Translations under genes and position numbers: made by a program
Part shown: positions 1 through 12,441 of the stretch, piece after piece
How positions within the stretch are numbered: the first letter of the stretch is position 1
Layout of the letters: every line of letters starts with the position of its first letter
NCBI GenBank assembly: GCA_951406725.2
Contig: OX597832.1
Location: forward strand, 4,836,001 to 4,900,000
Direction: 5' to 3'
Origin: Octopus vulgaris
Taxonomy: Eukaryota
DNA: 64,000 nucleotides
The notes under the pieces: model-generated
Told to the model about the DNA's origin: nothing
Database searches by the model: none
The model's input: the letters and a program-made list of their open reading frames with translations, nothing else

Positions 1-394
1 CCAGTATGTGTCAATGTATCTTACGTACATTTGTACATATCCATATAAACACCTTACAAACATACATCCTGCGTACATGTATGTAGATACAAACACGTAC
101 ATAACAAGACACGTACACATATGCATGATTACGAAGGCAAACACACACATACAGACATTGCGATATAGTCTGCAATGAGGTGTGAAATATGTTTATAAGT
201 TATGTGTATAACGATGTTGCAAATGTCAGGGAGGGCGTGAAATTAAAGTGTCATTTGTTATTTAATTGATATATCGTGTAAAATGTTTTGAATAGAATGG
301 AGCCGATAATAAATGGCCACGAGGTGAAATTTCTTTACATCTTTAAGTATATATATGTATATATATACTTCATAAATACACTAATAGTGAACAA

Positions 395-472
395 CTACAT
401 GACCAACATATCTACTGATATGCATTGACAATTATCCTGCACATGTGTGTACAAACAGGTGCCTGGTTGCAG
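395..472 (-). CDS. Candidate second exon (LQPGTCLYTHVQDNCQCISVDMLVM*), partial EGF-like Cys spacing
   Basis: Acceptor ttactgttcttcag after an 87-nt GT-AG intron (559-473); phase-0 join keeps the frame open to TAG at 397-395. Confidence 0.3.
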   Translation of the reverse strand: MQPGTCLYTHVQDNCQCISVDMLVM

Positions 473-559
473 CTGAAGAACAGTAAAGTGCAGATGTCTT
501 TTATAGAGCTGTCAACAGACAATAATCAAAGAGTAAAGTTACAATTAAATGACACTTAC

Positions 560-661
560 ACAATAGTGTGGATTTTCCTCAAAAATGGTACATAGTCCTC
601 CAATTTCTAAATCAAACGGTTCGACGGTTGAGTTATAATCAGACGTTGTATGTCCGTCCAT
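560..661 (-). CDS. Candidate first coding exon of an unknown minus-strand gene (MDGHTTSDYNSTVEPFDLEIGGLCTIFEENPHYC)
   Basis: ATG at 661-659 with an in-frame TGA 9 codons upstream, 34 open codons ending at a GTAAGT donor (559-554), locally CpG-rich unique sequence. Confidence 0.45.
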
Positions 662-699
662 TGAAAATTTGTGAATGACGACTGTTCACTGTTCTTAAT

Positions 700-1330
700 A
701 TCTCACCCTCTCGCTCTCCCGTTCCTCACAACATTCTCTGTCTGTCTGTCCGGCTCTTCTCTCTCTCTCTCGCTCTCTTTTCCTCTCACTCTTTCTTTCT
801 CTCTCTATTTTTCATACTTTTTATTCGTCTCTCTCTCTCACACTCTTTTTCTCATCCACTATCTATATCTCTTTTTAAATCTGTCTATTTCATTATTGCT
901 CTATCTTCATAAGTATTTATTATTTAATCTAATTTGCTTTGTCTTTCACTTTCCTCACTCCGTAATTCTTTTCCAATGAAGCTAACTCCTGCATTTATTT
1001 ATCCTTCCTCGTTCTGCTTTTCTCTCATTCCATGTTACATAGAACCCTTTCACTATTATGTAAGGCTTTACCTTTCTTTTTTTATTCTTTTTACTTTCTA
1101 CAGTGTGTTGTATCTGCCACTTTTTCATCTCATCTCTCTTTCATTCTATAGCATCTCCCTCAACACGTACAGCTTTATGGACTTAATCCTTTACGTTTCA
1201 CCTATCTTCCTCTCTTCCACTCTATACCAACAGGATTTATCTCTCACTCTCTTTCTCTTTCTCTCTCTCTCTCTCTCTCCCTCTCTCTGTCTTTCTCTCG
1301 CACTCCCTGATCCAAATTTCTCCTCCTAAT
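700..1330. repeat. CT-rich polypyrimidine low-complexity tract
   Basis: Degenerate (CT)n/T-rich sequence; accounts for the Leu/Ser/Phe ORFs 671-979 and 934-1329. Confidence 0.8.
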
Positions 1331-1769
1331 ATCAAACTAATATAGATTAACTATCAACTTTACGAGGACTACGCCATTCAACATTCCATCACTTGTAATT
1401 TGAACCTGCGGAGTCTTTTAGTCTTTTTATTGAGAGATTTCCATATGAATTGAAACCAAATCTCGAGCACTTCGAATGTCACCTGGTATAGACGTCTAAG
1501 TTTTTTTTTTCCTTCTTTTTCTTAAAGGTTTTCCTTTCATAAATATTGTCAGGGTTGAACATATTTATCGGGAGAATTCACCTCTCTTTCTCTCTCACTC
1601 TCTTTTACACATACGCGCGCACGCACACACACAACTGGCAAACCTCATGTTTTCTCACTTCGTATATTTCTTTCATATATTTTGAAAAAATTAAATAATT
1701 CCTCTTGAACAAAACCTATAAAACTTTGTACGGTATAAATACAGGAAACAGTTAAATAAATCAATTAAT

Positions 1770-1772
<3 letters not shown>

Positions 1773-1851
<79 letters not shown>
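1773..1851. repeat. Compound (CT)n(AT)n microsatellite
   Basis: Directly visible. Confidence 0.97.
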
Positions 1852-1853
<2 letters not shown>

Positions 1854-2895
1854 CTTGTTGCAGCCATGCTGGGTCACCGCCTTGAAGTATCTTTAGTCGA
1901 ATGAATCGTCCCCAGAACCTTTTTTTAAAGTCTGGTACTTATTTTATCGGCGGCTTTTACCGAACCACTAACTTACGGGGACAAGCACACCTACACCAGT
2001 TGTCAAGTAGTGATGAGGGACAAACATAAACACACACACATATTTAGATGGTTGTCTCTAGTGGCTAGTCAGAGAGCGACCATTGGTTTCACACCTATAA
2101 AGCACTTAACTGTATAGGTTACTTGTCAGACTCAAAATGGCCAGAGTCTGACGAATTACCTATACAGCTAAATGTTTTAGAGTATGAAACTAACATATAT
2201 ATATAGGTAGTGGGTAACGATTTTCCTCATTACTTTAGGGAGTAACGACCCTGCCTGACACGAGTCCCGGGCTCAGCCGGCTCCGGCTGACAGTACCCAG
2301 TATTACAGGATTACAGGAAGGAGACAACCTTCAAAGAAATCCAGAGTGGAGCCCTGTAGCCGGTTTAGTGTTCGAATTGACACTTTTACGGCAGCTCCGA
2401 CAACCACGCTGGTGCCAAACATAATGCTCTGCACTCCTTTGGACTACGTCAGCAAGGTTGAGATAGGAATCTTGATGATTGGGCTACACAGGATATTCTT
2501 ACATCTAGCCCAGGCCTGCGCAAAACTGGAGAAGAAACTGGAAAAGATGACGTCACAACCAGCCAGGCAAAGTTTCTGCTACATCAGAGTCACCTGCCAG
2601 AGGGAGTGTTTGTCCAGGGTAGGATTACACAGGCACAGCAGATGTAAAGGACATGAAATGTAAAAATCAGACTGGATTATTTTATGCACTACTCCATTGT
2701 CTCCCAAGACAAAAGGATGCCAACAACAACAATATATACGATGAGCTTCTTTTCAGTTTCCTTCTATCAAATCCTCTCACAAGATTTTGGTCAGCTCAAA
2801 GCTGTTGTTGGAGATGCTTGTCTAAGGTGCAATGCAGTATGACTGTACCAGAGCCATGTGGTTGGGAAAAAAACTTGTTACTACACCTGCATGCA
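1852..2895 (-). mobile_element. tRNA-derived SINE (family B) split by later insertions
   Basis: 1852-2045 matches the tail and 2735-2895 the head of the intact copy at 7021-7435, in reverse complement. Confidence 0.7.
2235..2732 (+). mobile_element. Internally deleted RTE-like LINE relic
   Basis: C-terminal C2H2-like motif (VTCQRECLSRVGLHRHSRC), short 3' UTR, (CAA)n tail. Confidence 0.55.
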
Positions 2896-2912
2896 TATAT
2901 ATATATATATAC

Positions 2913-2950
<38 letters not shown>

Positions 2951-2957
<7 letters not shown>

Positions 2958-3088
2958 TATTTAGCAGAAGCAACTGAGTGACTCAAAGTCCAAGAATTTC
3001 ATGTGTTAGGTCTTATCAAACTCAATAAGTGCTAATGCACAAAACTCTCAAACCTTGAGTCACTCTGTTGCTTCTGCTAAATATTAAT
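2951..3088. repeat. Short palindromic MITE-like element
   Basis: TATTAATATTTAGCAGAAGCAACTGAGTGACTCAA ... TTGAGTCACTCTGTTGCTTCTGCTAAATATTAATA; related copy at about 50725-50846. Confidence 0.8.
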
Positions 3089-3196
3089 AAAAATATACAT
3101 ATACTCATATTTTGACCTCTATTATTTCTGTTTGCATTACGATACCTAGATATATATATAATCAAAATAAGCAACCGGATATCAAGTAATAATGCA

Positions 3197-3420
3197 TAGT
3201 TCTATATTTAAGAGATGAGGAATTATTTACATTATTTACATTCAGCGGATATTTGTCCTCATCTTGTTTGTTGTTAGCACAACGTTTCAGCTGATATACC
3301 CTCCAGCCTTCTTCAGGTGTCTTGGGGAAATTTTGAACCTGGGTTCTCATTCCTAAGGTAGTTTATTTTTTTAATTGACTGGTGTCATTATATTCAAGCC
3401 AGGTGGTAAATAATGTAAAT
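3197..3420 (-). mobile_element. Hammerhead-containing short retroelement, copy 1 (5'-truncated)
   Basis: 13-bp TSD AAGTAATAATGCA (3184-3196, 3421-3433); body homologous to 56250-56393. Confidence 0.8.
3277..3320 (-). ncRNA. Minimal type I hammerhead ribozyme motif
   Basis: Minus strand ACAC-CTGAAGA-A-GGCTG-gagggtatat-CAGCT-GAAA-CGTT-GTGC: conserved core, stem II, palindromic AACGTT stem III, short stem I. Confidence 0.7.
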
Positions 3421-4579
3421 AAGTAATAATGCAGTACAACCGTTTCACGTGGCTCCATTTAATTGAACAATGCAATCATTACATCAATTTAAATGCAATG
3501 CTATCTTTAGCTGCACAAATAAATAGATGGAATTTTAACAAGTAGGACATACTAATATAATTCTTCTTAAATATTTTATGTCCTACTTGTTAAAATTCTA
3601 TTTATTTATTTGTGCAGCTGAATATAACACTACATTTAAAGTGGTGTAATGATTGCATTTTTTAATTAAATGGAGCCACTTGAAATGGTCATACTGCATT
3701 ACTACTTGATATCCTGTTGCTTATTTTGATTTTATATATATATATGTACATATTTCTACAATTTCTCTATGAAATTATATTCCTTCATCAGGAAATGGCT
3801 GAGCCTGTACATTCCTACCATTTGAAATATTATACATACACATGCACGTGTTTCCCCCTTTTTTCTTTGTGTTTATTGTTCTACATTATCCAATGTATAC
3901 TTGCTTTGAGAGAAATTCAGCTACTATTTCTAGTAGGTCGAGTCTCCATGTAGATATTCCCTCATTGGCAGAGAAATATGCTTTGTGTATTTATATTGGT
4001 GGCGGGGAAGGGTTGTTGGTTTTGTAATTTTCTGCAAATAAAATAAAAGGTTTTGGGTCTTTGCCACCAGGTGAAGAAGTTCAGGAGATTCTGTCTCTAG
4101 ATATTCACATGCACCTAAATGCTGGCAAGTCTGTTTCACTTGGTGGATATTTGGCAAATATCACTGAAGCATGAAAAGAGGTGCACTTCCTGAAATAATA
4201 AATACAATGTGGATTATAAGTCATCTGCAAGTGAATAATACTGGAAGTTGCTGCTTCTGGTTTTGTTGAACATTTTTAAGTACATCAAATAAATAAATAT
4301 AACTCTTATCATCCTTCCAATCATTAAACTTTTGGAGAGTAAAACATTATTGATTTCAGAGGAAGAGGAAAAAGTCATTAGTATCATCAACATAGTCATT
4401 ACTCCCATCATTATCATTGTCATCATCATCACTTCACATCCGTTTTTCAATGATTGTGTGGGTTGTACAGGCCATCACTAGCACAGTGCATCATCACTTG
4501 TTGCCACACATCATCTTTTTCATCATCATCATCATCATCATCACATTTCTCATCAGGCACATATCTGGCCTTCCATCAG

Positions 4580-4850
4580 TTACAATGACAAGGGTTCCAG
4601 TTGATCCAGCCTGCTCATGAAATTAACATACAAGTGGCTGAGTGCTCCACAAACATGCATTCACTTCATGTAGTTCTCAGGGATATTCAACATGTGACTA
4701 GGCTGACCCTTTGAATTTCAGGTACCACTCAATTTTGTCAGCTGAGTGGACTGCAGCAATGTGAATAAAGTGTCTTGCTCCAGAACACAATTTGCCACTG
4801 GGAATTGCACTCATGATCATACTCAAAGCACTAAGCCACACACCTCCACT
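4580..4850 (-). mobile_element. tRNA-derived SINE (family E)
   Basis: Homologous to 22805-23130 and to the head of 28980-29310. Confidence 0.75.
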
Positions 4851-6151
4851 CATGGAGCTCAGAATAAAAACCAAAGAAGTAAAAAAAGAAGAGTTTTACT
4901 AAGAATTGAAACCTGGGTGAAAAATCAGCTGTCTAGAAGCTTACCTCACTGTAGCACCTGCTAGAATAATTAATATAAAAACCAACTCTAAAATTCTTCC
5001 TTTGCAAGAAAGCCTTCATTATTTTGCTTCCATATAAATATTTCCTTATAAACAGTAGAGATGAATCATTTGGCGGTCTGTTTATGGAGACTGAGCATCA
5101 TATGATTTCTAGGTGGGTAAGTATACTGAAGATATAAGCATAAGAAAATGTGTAAAGAATGGATTGTGATCCTTTGTTGGCATTAAGAAGATATTGATTT
5201 CTTTCATTAACAAGAGGCCACCTCAAATTTGTTGGGAGTAGGATATAGATGATTGACTAACTTAAGTAGATGCTTGATACATCAGCCTAGGAGAGATGAA
5301 AGATGATTTTCATTAGGATTGGAACTTATAACGTGTGTGTGTGTGCATGGGGGGGTGCGCACGTGCATGTGTCCATGTGCACACGTGTGTATGTATGAAA
5401 CTTAATACTGTAAAACATTTAGAAACTACTGCTTTTTTTTTTTATCCTACCACTCTAGAATTAGGAAGATGTTAATGGGTTTTAGCATAACATTGGAATA
5501 GTTTTATGACTAACGGGGAGAACTTGAAAATACCACACTGTCTAAATCGTTTTAGTGGCTGGTACATTGAAGATCATACATTACTCACGAAATATAAAAG
5601 TTTGATTCTGGTAGTGGAGGTTGGTAGTTTTGGTCTGAAATACTAAATTATATTCAAAGAGAGATGTAAATGGCAAATGATCAGCAGGAACATTAATTTT
5701 CATTTTCTATTTTTGTAAACAAATATTGATTTCATAAATTGGCACAAGGTCATAAATTTGTATGAAGTGGGTGTATAATCAGTTGAATCAACTACAATAC
5801 TTGACTGATACTTATTTTATTGATCTCAGAAGGATATAAGAACAAAGCCAGCCCCAGCAGGATTTGAACTCAGAATGTTAACAGATAAAATACGGATCAA
5901 CATTTAGTCTCGTGCACTAGTGTTTCTGCCATACTGATGAATATTGATTATAGGTAGCAAAATAGGATGAGCTTGTGTAGAATAAAGGCAGATAAAAGAA
6001 ATTTCCCATGTGACAAATTGGTTGTCTCAGGGAAATATGTTCAACTAGGAGGAATAACATTGATGATAAAAAATGTGTTTGTGACAACAAACCTTGATTT
6101 ATGTGGAGACATACACACATACATTTATATCATTGACTTTGACGGCCCATT

Positions 6152-6908
6152 GTACACGATGTCTCAGAATTAACAATCAATATCAGTGAAATTGGACAAT
6201 TTTTTTTTAAAATCCTCTTTTGTTTATAGTTTTATAATTCTTTCATTTTTTGCTAATTTTATTTCCATTCCTGTCCATGACAGCTTTTTTTTTCAGTTTG
6301 GCTGCAATCATTTCCTCTTCCTCCATCCCCAGGATGGAACAATAGCTTAGCTCAGTGGTTCCCAAACATTTTCAGGCTGCCAGCCCCTTGGTCACATTCC
6401 CAGTGCTACCCCACCCCCCATCACCATCACAGACATAGACCGTTTTCTGCAGCATATTCAAAAAAACAGTATTTCACAAATAAAACTTAACCTAATTAAC
6501 TCTTTATTTTGTTTTTTGCTTTTTTTACATCCATTGCCTCATTTTGGTCACCCTATTATTGCCCTATTTTTCTTCAACGCATCTCCTGGATCTTTCCACC
6601 CACCCCCACTTTGGAAACCACTGGTTTAGCTGAACTTAAAGAATGCATTCAGTTAGCAGTACAGAAGATAACTTCTGAAATGCTTCAAAACATGCCTTGC
6701 AATGCAAAGGGAAGGTTTCAAATTTACAGGAATACAGACGGAGCACATGTTGAAAATTTTCAATAAAGTCTTGACATAAGATTTCTAAATCTATTTATTT
6801 TGGTATTTAAGTAATAAACATAAAATTCTATCAGTTATTTTTTTTGTTTTTTTTTCAAATTTGCCCGATTTCTTTGAAATAGACAGGTAATTCTGGGACA
6901 CCCTACAT
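6152..6908. mobile_element. Deleted Tc1/mariner-like relic
   Basis: Imperfect TIRs (tacacgatgtctcagaatta / taattctgggacaccctaca); transposase C-terminal remnant ELKECIQLAVQKITSEMLQ...TDGAHVE. Confidence 0.55.
6353..6623. mobile_element. hAT (Charlie-like) MITE
   Basis: TIRs CAGTGGTTCCCAAA / TTTGGAAACCACTG; 8-bp TSD GCTTAGCT / GTTTAGCT (one mismatch). Confidence 0.8.
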
Positions 6909-7020
6909 TTGATGTTCTCTGCTATGGTAGTTAAGACAGGTAATTGTGGGTTGTTATGTGCTGCTACATTGGCTGTTTTGGGTCCCAGTTTCTACATAAA
7001 TGACTTAAGATTGGAGTAGT

Positions 7021-7435
7021 TGGTGCAGGAGTGGCGGTGTGGTAAGTAGCTTGGTTACCAACCACATGGTTCCGGGTTCAGTCCTACTCTGTGGCATCTT
7101 GGGCAAGTGTCTTCTGCTATAGCCCCGGGCTGACCAATGCCTTGTGAGTGGATTTGGTAGATGGAAACTGATAGAAGCCTGTCGTATATATATATATATG
7201 TATGTGTGTATGTATTTGTGTGTCTGTGTTTGTTCCCCTAGCATTGCTTGACAACCGATGCTGGTGTGTTTGCGTCCCCGTCACTTAGCATTTCAGCAAA
7301 AGAGACGGATAGAATAAGTACTGGACTTGCAAAGAATAAGTCCTGGGGTCGATTTGCTCGACTAAATGCAGTGCTCCAGCATGGCCGCAGTCAAATGACT
7401 GAAACAAGTAAAAGAGTAAAGAGTAAAAGAGAGTT
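7021..7435 (+). mobile_element. tRNA-derived SINE (family B), full-length copy
   Basis: A/B-box-like head (GTGGCGGTGTGG; GGTTCAGTCC), CTTGGGCAAGTG core, internal (TA)/(TG) repeat, AAAGAGT tail. Further copies at about 7675-7900, 10055-10220, 14230-14490, 15570-15745, 31690-31900, 49240-49450, 51730-51990, 61565-61790, 62010-62175. Confidence 0.9.
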
Positions 7436-8007
7436 GCAAAGCTGTGTCTGGAAATTGTGATGCCATTTACATATAACATTGTGTTTATGCTTTGTGAAAG
7501 TGTAACAAGACGATATTGGTCAAGTGAAGAGACTGGGCTGAAGGAGAGAATGGCGTGATTGGGTAACACGAAATGGAGTCAAAACTTCGTTTGTGGCAGT
7601 GACTATTGTCCATAAAGGATTTCTTTTTTGATGTTTCTGAAACTATCGTGATTTTCTTAACTTTTTATTTTTTTTCCTTTTCACTTGTTTCATTCATTTG
7701 CCTGCAGCCATGCTAGGGACCCCCTTTAAAAGCTTCAGTCAAACAAATCGACCCCCCACCAGGACTTGTATTTTTTAAGCCTAGTACTTATTTTATCAGT
7801 GTTTTGCCGAACCGCTAAGTTATGGATACACTAACACTGGTTGTCAAGTGGTGGGTGGGGGGACAGACACAAAGGCACACATAAAGTCACATACAGATGT
7901 ATGTGTGTGTGTGTGTGTTCATATATTTTTTATCTATTTTATCTAGTTTCAGCTCACGAGCTGTGGCCATGCTGGGGCACCGCCATATATTTACATTTAT
8001 AACACAG

Positions 8008-8196
8008 ACAAGAAAGTAATATTTTGAATGCCGTATAGCTGTGAAAATAGCTGAAAGTTTGGGTATTTTACGCTTACATGACAGGAAAAATCATGTTGCT
8101 ATCTGCTGTCAACTTTTTCCATCGTCTAAAGGTAAAATACCCACTCTTTCTACTGTTTTCACGGCTATACTACATTCAAAATATTACTTGTATGAT
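8008..8196. repeat. Degenerate palindromic (foldback) element
   Basis: AAGTAATATTTTGAATG...GGGTATTTTAC is mirrored by GTAAAATACCC...CATTCAAAATATTACTT. Confidence 0.75.
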
Positions 8197-8253
8197 ACGA
8201 TACACATTCGACGCTTCCAAAAAATAAAAAGGTTTGTTTACATTTGTTGTTGC

Positions 8254-8254
<1 letters not shown>

Positions 8255-8286
<32 letters not shown>

Positions 8287-8623
8287 TGTATGTATGTATG
8301 ATGTATGTATGTATGTATGTATGATGTATGTATGTATGTATATATGATGTATGTATGTATGTATATATGATGTATTATGTATGTATGTATGTATATATGA
8401 TGTATGTATGTATGTATATATGATGTATGTATGTATATATGATGTATGTATATATGATGTATGATGTATGTATGTATGTATGTATGTATATATGATGTAT
8501 TATGTATGTATATATGTATGTATGTATATATGATGTATGTATGTATGTATTATGTATGTATGTATGTATGTATGTATGTGTGTATGTATGTATGTATGTA
8601 TTGTGTATGTATGTATGTATGTA
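8255..8623. repeat. (TATG)n microsatellite, imperfect
   Basis: Directly visible. Confidence 0.97.
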
Positions 8624-8624
8624 T

Positions 8625-9496
8625 AAGGGGGCACCCAAAAGAAACCGGAATTTTGCAATACTATTTTATTCACTTAGTCTTGCATGTTTACACTTTTATC
8701 GCCTTCAAAGTATTCTCCATTTGAAGCAAAGCATCGGTCCACACGCGTTTACTACTTATGTTCGATGCAGTGCTGTAACTCTTGCAAAGTGATGCCTTTT
8801 AAAACCTTCATCGTTTCTTTCCTCCACCTTTTCCACATCTGCAAATAACCTAACACCAGCTTTCATCACCTGTGATGATTTTCGAAAAAAGGTCCGGATC
8901 AATTTCCAACTGTTCTTTCAGTTCACGACACGCATTCAGTCATGACTGCATTTGATCTTCCATGAGCAAGCGAGGCACATATTTTGCTGCAACTCTTTTA
9001 TTCGCAATTCCTCGCACAAAATTCGTTTGCAGGAGATCCAGGACACACCAATCATATCAACAAGTTTGTCAGTTGTTCAGTGATGGTCCTCTAAGATTAA
9101 TTCATGAATTTTTATGTTTTCATTCATTCGGGAGGTTGACAGTCGCCTTGAACAAGGTTTGTCTTCAAGCGATAAGTGACCTTTCCTAAAGCATAGAAAC
9201 CATTCGTAAACTTGTGTTTTGCCCGTGACAGCATCCTTGTAAGCTGTTTTGGCTGCCGTTTTCCCCAGCAGAAAACCAAATTTTACGGAAGCGCGGTTTT
9301 CTTTCTTTTCAGCCATCGTAAACATCGACGAACAGGGCAGAAGGACTGCAAAGCAAAGATGCACCACGTGACAGTAAGACTGTCGGCATACTGATGCGTG
9401 AGGGTCACATCAAGTGGATTCTAGTAGAGGAAGCCTGAACTACAGCATACTTGTTCCACAGAGAATACTTCCAGTTACTTTTGGGTACCCTAACAT
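8625..9496 (-). mobile_element. Mariner element with a decayed transposase
   Basis: MAEKKENRASVKFGFLLGKTAA...TQVYEWF..FRKGHLSLEDKPCSRR resembles the mariner N-terminal HTH; imperfect TIRs ggggcacccaaaagaaaccggaa / ttccagttacttttgggtaccc. Confidence 0.8.
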
Positions 9497-9530
9497 ATGT
9501 TCGTATGCATGTTTGTACGTATATATATAT

Positions 9531-9897
9531 ACTAGCGCTATGACCCGGCAACGCCGGGTCATAGGGCTAGTGCATGCATATAGAGCTGCGTGCGTGCGCA
9601 CATACACGCGAGTACTGTCCAAATCTCCGGCCGATCACATACAGCTAGCTGGCATTCAATTGGCGTATCAAGTTTCGGGCATTTTGATTGGCTTTTGGAT
9701 AGAAAATTCACAAAAAAGTAACTTCTATTGATTTTTTAATGTCTTTGCGGGGCGACTGGGGAAATGTAAAGATGTGCACGACATCCCTTGGGCGGTTTTG
9801 AATGACCATAGAAAGTGCGAGCCCTCTAACTGAAAAATTGTGGATTTGTATAAAGGATACGCACACAGACATTTTGCCATTTATATATATAGAGAAA
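9531..9897 (-). mobile_element. Non-autonomous Helitron-like element
   Basis: CTAG end with subterminal hairpin ATGACCCGGC-AAC-GCCGGGTCAT; homologous copy at 29987-30258. Confidence 0.75.
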
Positions 9898-10013
9898 TAT
9901 ATATATATAAATATAGGTAAAGAATATGTATACCTGGTGGCTAGGGTTAAGGGGTTAGTTTTAGGGTTTTTGTTATGCCAAAAACCGGTGGTTTACATAT
10001 TTTTTTACCTCCA

Positions 10014-10060
<47 letters not shown>

Positions 10061-11029
10061 TGGGCTTCTTTCAGTTTCCATCTGGCAATCCATTCACAAG
10101 GCTTTGGTCGCCCTGAAACTATAGTAGAATACACTTGCCTAAGGTGTCATGCAGTGGGACTGAACCCAGAATCATGTGGTTGGGAAGCAAGCTTCTTATC
10201 ACACAACCATGCCAGTGCCTATCAATTTTTTTTTCTTTTGCAGAGAAGGAAAAGTTGGGAAAAGATGTAAAGTTCATATGTTTTGAGTTGGAGACAGAAG
10301 TGTGAGGATTAGCAATGTCAGTGATAAAGGAAGAGTCATCAGACAGGAAGGTAAAGCTTTCTACGTTTTTTTTTCCTTTTATTGATTTAGTAAGGAGAAA
10401 GAAGCTGTATCCATGACCTCCATAAGCCTTCATGCACTAGCAGACAATCAACAAGCTTAATGTTCCTTTTGAATAGTTACAAGCCAATGGCTACAAGAAG
10501 AACATGATCAGGAAGGAATTCCAGAGGATTAGTTTTTCCTGTGTGGAAGGACTGGAACACAAGGTGTAGTACTGGACCTGGGAGGGGGACACACTATAGG
10601 TGTCCACAAGAGGAAGGAAAATAAGAGAATTAGGAGGGATTAAGTGGTGGTGATACAATCCCAGTCATCTCTAAAGAATAGAGGCATTTATTATCTAGAT
10701 GAAAGGTACATGTCTGCTGTGTGTGTTGGTGTTGTCTGACATGGTGAAATATAATATTATTTGGAAATATGTGAGGGTTGTCAGCAGAAAAGGCATCTGG
10801 CCACAGAAAATCTGCCTCAGTGATATCTGTCCATCCCATGCAAGCATGGAAAAGTGGATATTAAAATGATGATGATAATATGTACATATTTATACATACA
10901 TACATACATACATACATGCATATATATATATACAAGTGTGTGTGTGTGTACATACATACATACATACATACATACATACATACATACATACATACATACA
11001 TACATACATACATGCTTACATACATTAAC

Positions 11030-12170
11030 TTGGTGCTGAAAACTGAAGAGAATAACATCCAGTATGTTGGCAGCAAGCTCCTCAGGAAGCACTCTCTTCC
11101 TGATGACCTCCTATACAAGTCTAAAACAGCCAAACTAACATACCTCAAAGAAAACTTGAGTGTGAATTGCTCAGCAGACCAAAATAGACTATGCATGGGT
11201 ATGTTTCCTGAAGACTTGAATAAGACATGATATTGATTCCAAATTTTGGCATAAGCCCAGCAACTTTGGGGCGGGTAGGTTAATTACATTGACCCTAGTG
11301 CTCAACTGGTACTTTTATTGATCTGAAAAGATGAAAAGCAAAGTCGTCTTCAGTGGAATTTGAACTTAGAATGTAAAGATGGACAAAATGTCGCTAAGCA
11401 TTTCGCCTAATGTGAAAGAAAACGACAGTAGTATGAACATGTAATGAAACTTCTCCTGAACTTGCAACACTTCAAAGGTTATGCATTTGCAATCCAAGAA
11501 CAGAAGATTGCTACAAAATTCCTAATTAATAAAAGAGACAGTGAAGCCCTTGGAGCTCCGAGATGCAACTGAAAATATAGATTATGTCATATTTCTCCAG
11601 AAGGCATCACACATGCGATTAGCAGTCCTCCAAAATTGTCATCAAATTCCTATGTGACATGATGTTGTCGCAAAAACAATATAGAATGCCATTCGGAAAA
11701 CAGACTGTCCTAAAATAAATATAGAAAAGCCCACTGCTATTGAATGCATACACAAACATCAACACAAAAAATACTGGTGGAATACTCCCATTAAAACATC
11801 TGTCAAGGGTAAACATAACAGGCCAGCTATTGTTGTTTAGGACAGACGAGAAAAAGTATGTACTATCATGGTGGTCAGCTGTCCAGCTGATGTGAATATC
11901 TCTTTGAAAATCAAAGTAAAAGAGAATAACTATGGACAACTGCTTTGAAACCTTCAGTTTCAATATCCAGATTATAAACTCACATTTATACTAATGATAA
12001 TTGGTGCAATTGATTTTGTGAGTTCAGAAAAAAAATCAACCAACTAACTTGTACATTCCAAATGCAATCTGTAAGTGGTAGAGTTTAAAGTGTGACATTA
12101 TTTTCACTATCTACATTCCAATGATGGAGTTTTGAATCTTTGTTAGAAACCAACTCCTTCCTTGGAGGAA
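11030..12170 (+). mobile_element. R4/Dong-like (restriction-like endonuclease) LINE 3' relic, interrupted by a SINE at 11232-11412
   Basis: FKGYAFAIQEQKIATK, HDVVAK, YWWN..IKT....HNRPAIVV, SCPADVNI..K..VKENNY motifs, with stops and frameshifts. Confidence 0.75.
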
Positions 12171-12227
12171 GAACTTAAATAACTAAAAATAGCAGAGAAC
12201 ATACATACATCCATATGTATGTGTATG

Positions 12228-12441
12228 TATGGTGCTGAAAAGTTCCTGGCTTTGTGTAAAAGAAAATACAAGGTGTTCAGTTAATTGTGATTTTATTCAA
12301 CATTTTTCCCTCTCAGATTCACATACTTATTGCAATGGTTCTTCAGTTTTTCTAAGCCCTGTAAAAGAACTCGGAAGTTTAGGTCTCCAACCAACCTTTC
12401 GTGATATCCTTAAAACCAGGAACTTTTCTGCACCTCTTCAT
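12228..12441. mobile_element. Mariner-type MITE
   Basis: TIRs GGTGCTGAAAAGTTCCTGGCTTT / AAAACCAGGAACTTTTCTGCACC; second copy at 49011-49228. Confidence 0.85.

Larger units (their letters stand above)
3163..3728. repeat. Foldback palindrome with arms of about 150 bp, left arm interrupted by an insertion
   Basis: 3163-3196 plus 3434-3555 is the imperfect reverse complement of 3575-3728. Confidence 0.85.

Noticed and set aside
3850-4200. Exon-like unique block and ORF 3930-4157
   Set aside because: All three frames from the minus-strand acceptor at about 4190 stop early; no recognisable domain
8375-8792. ORFs rich in YIHT/MYVC (also 10817-11230, 25312-25568, 29205-29526, 33005-33214)
   Set aside because: Translations of (TATG)n, (TA)n and (GATA)n microsatellites
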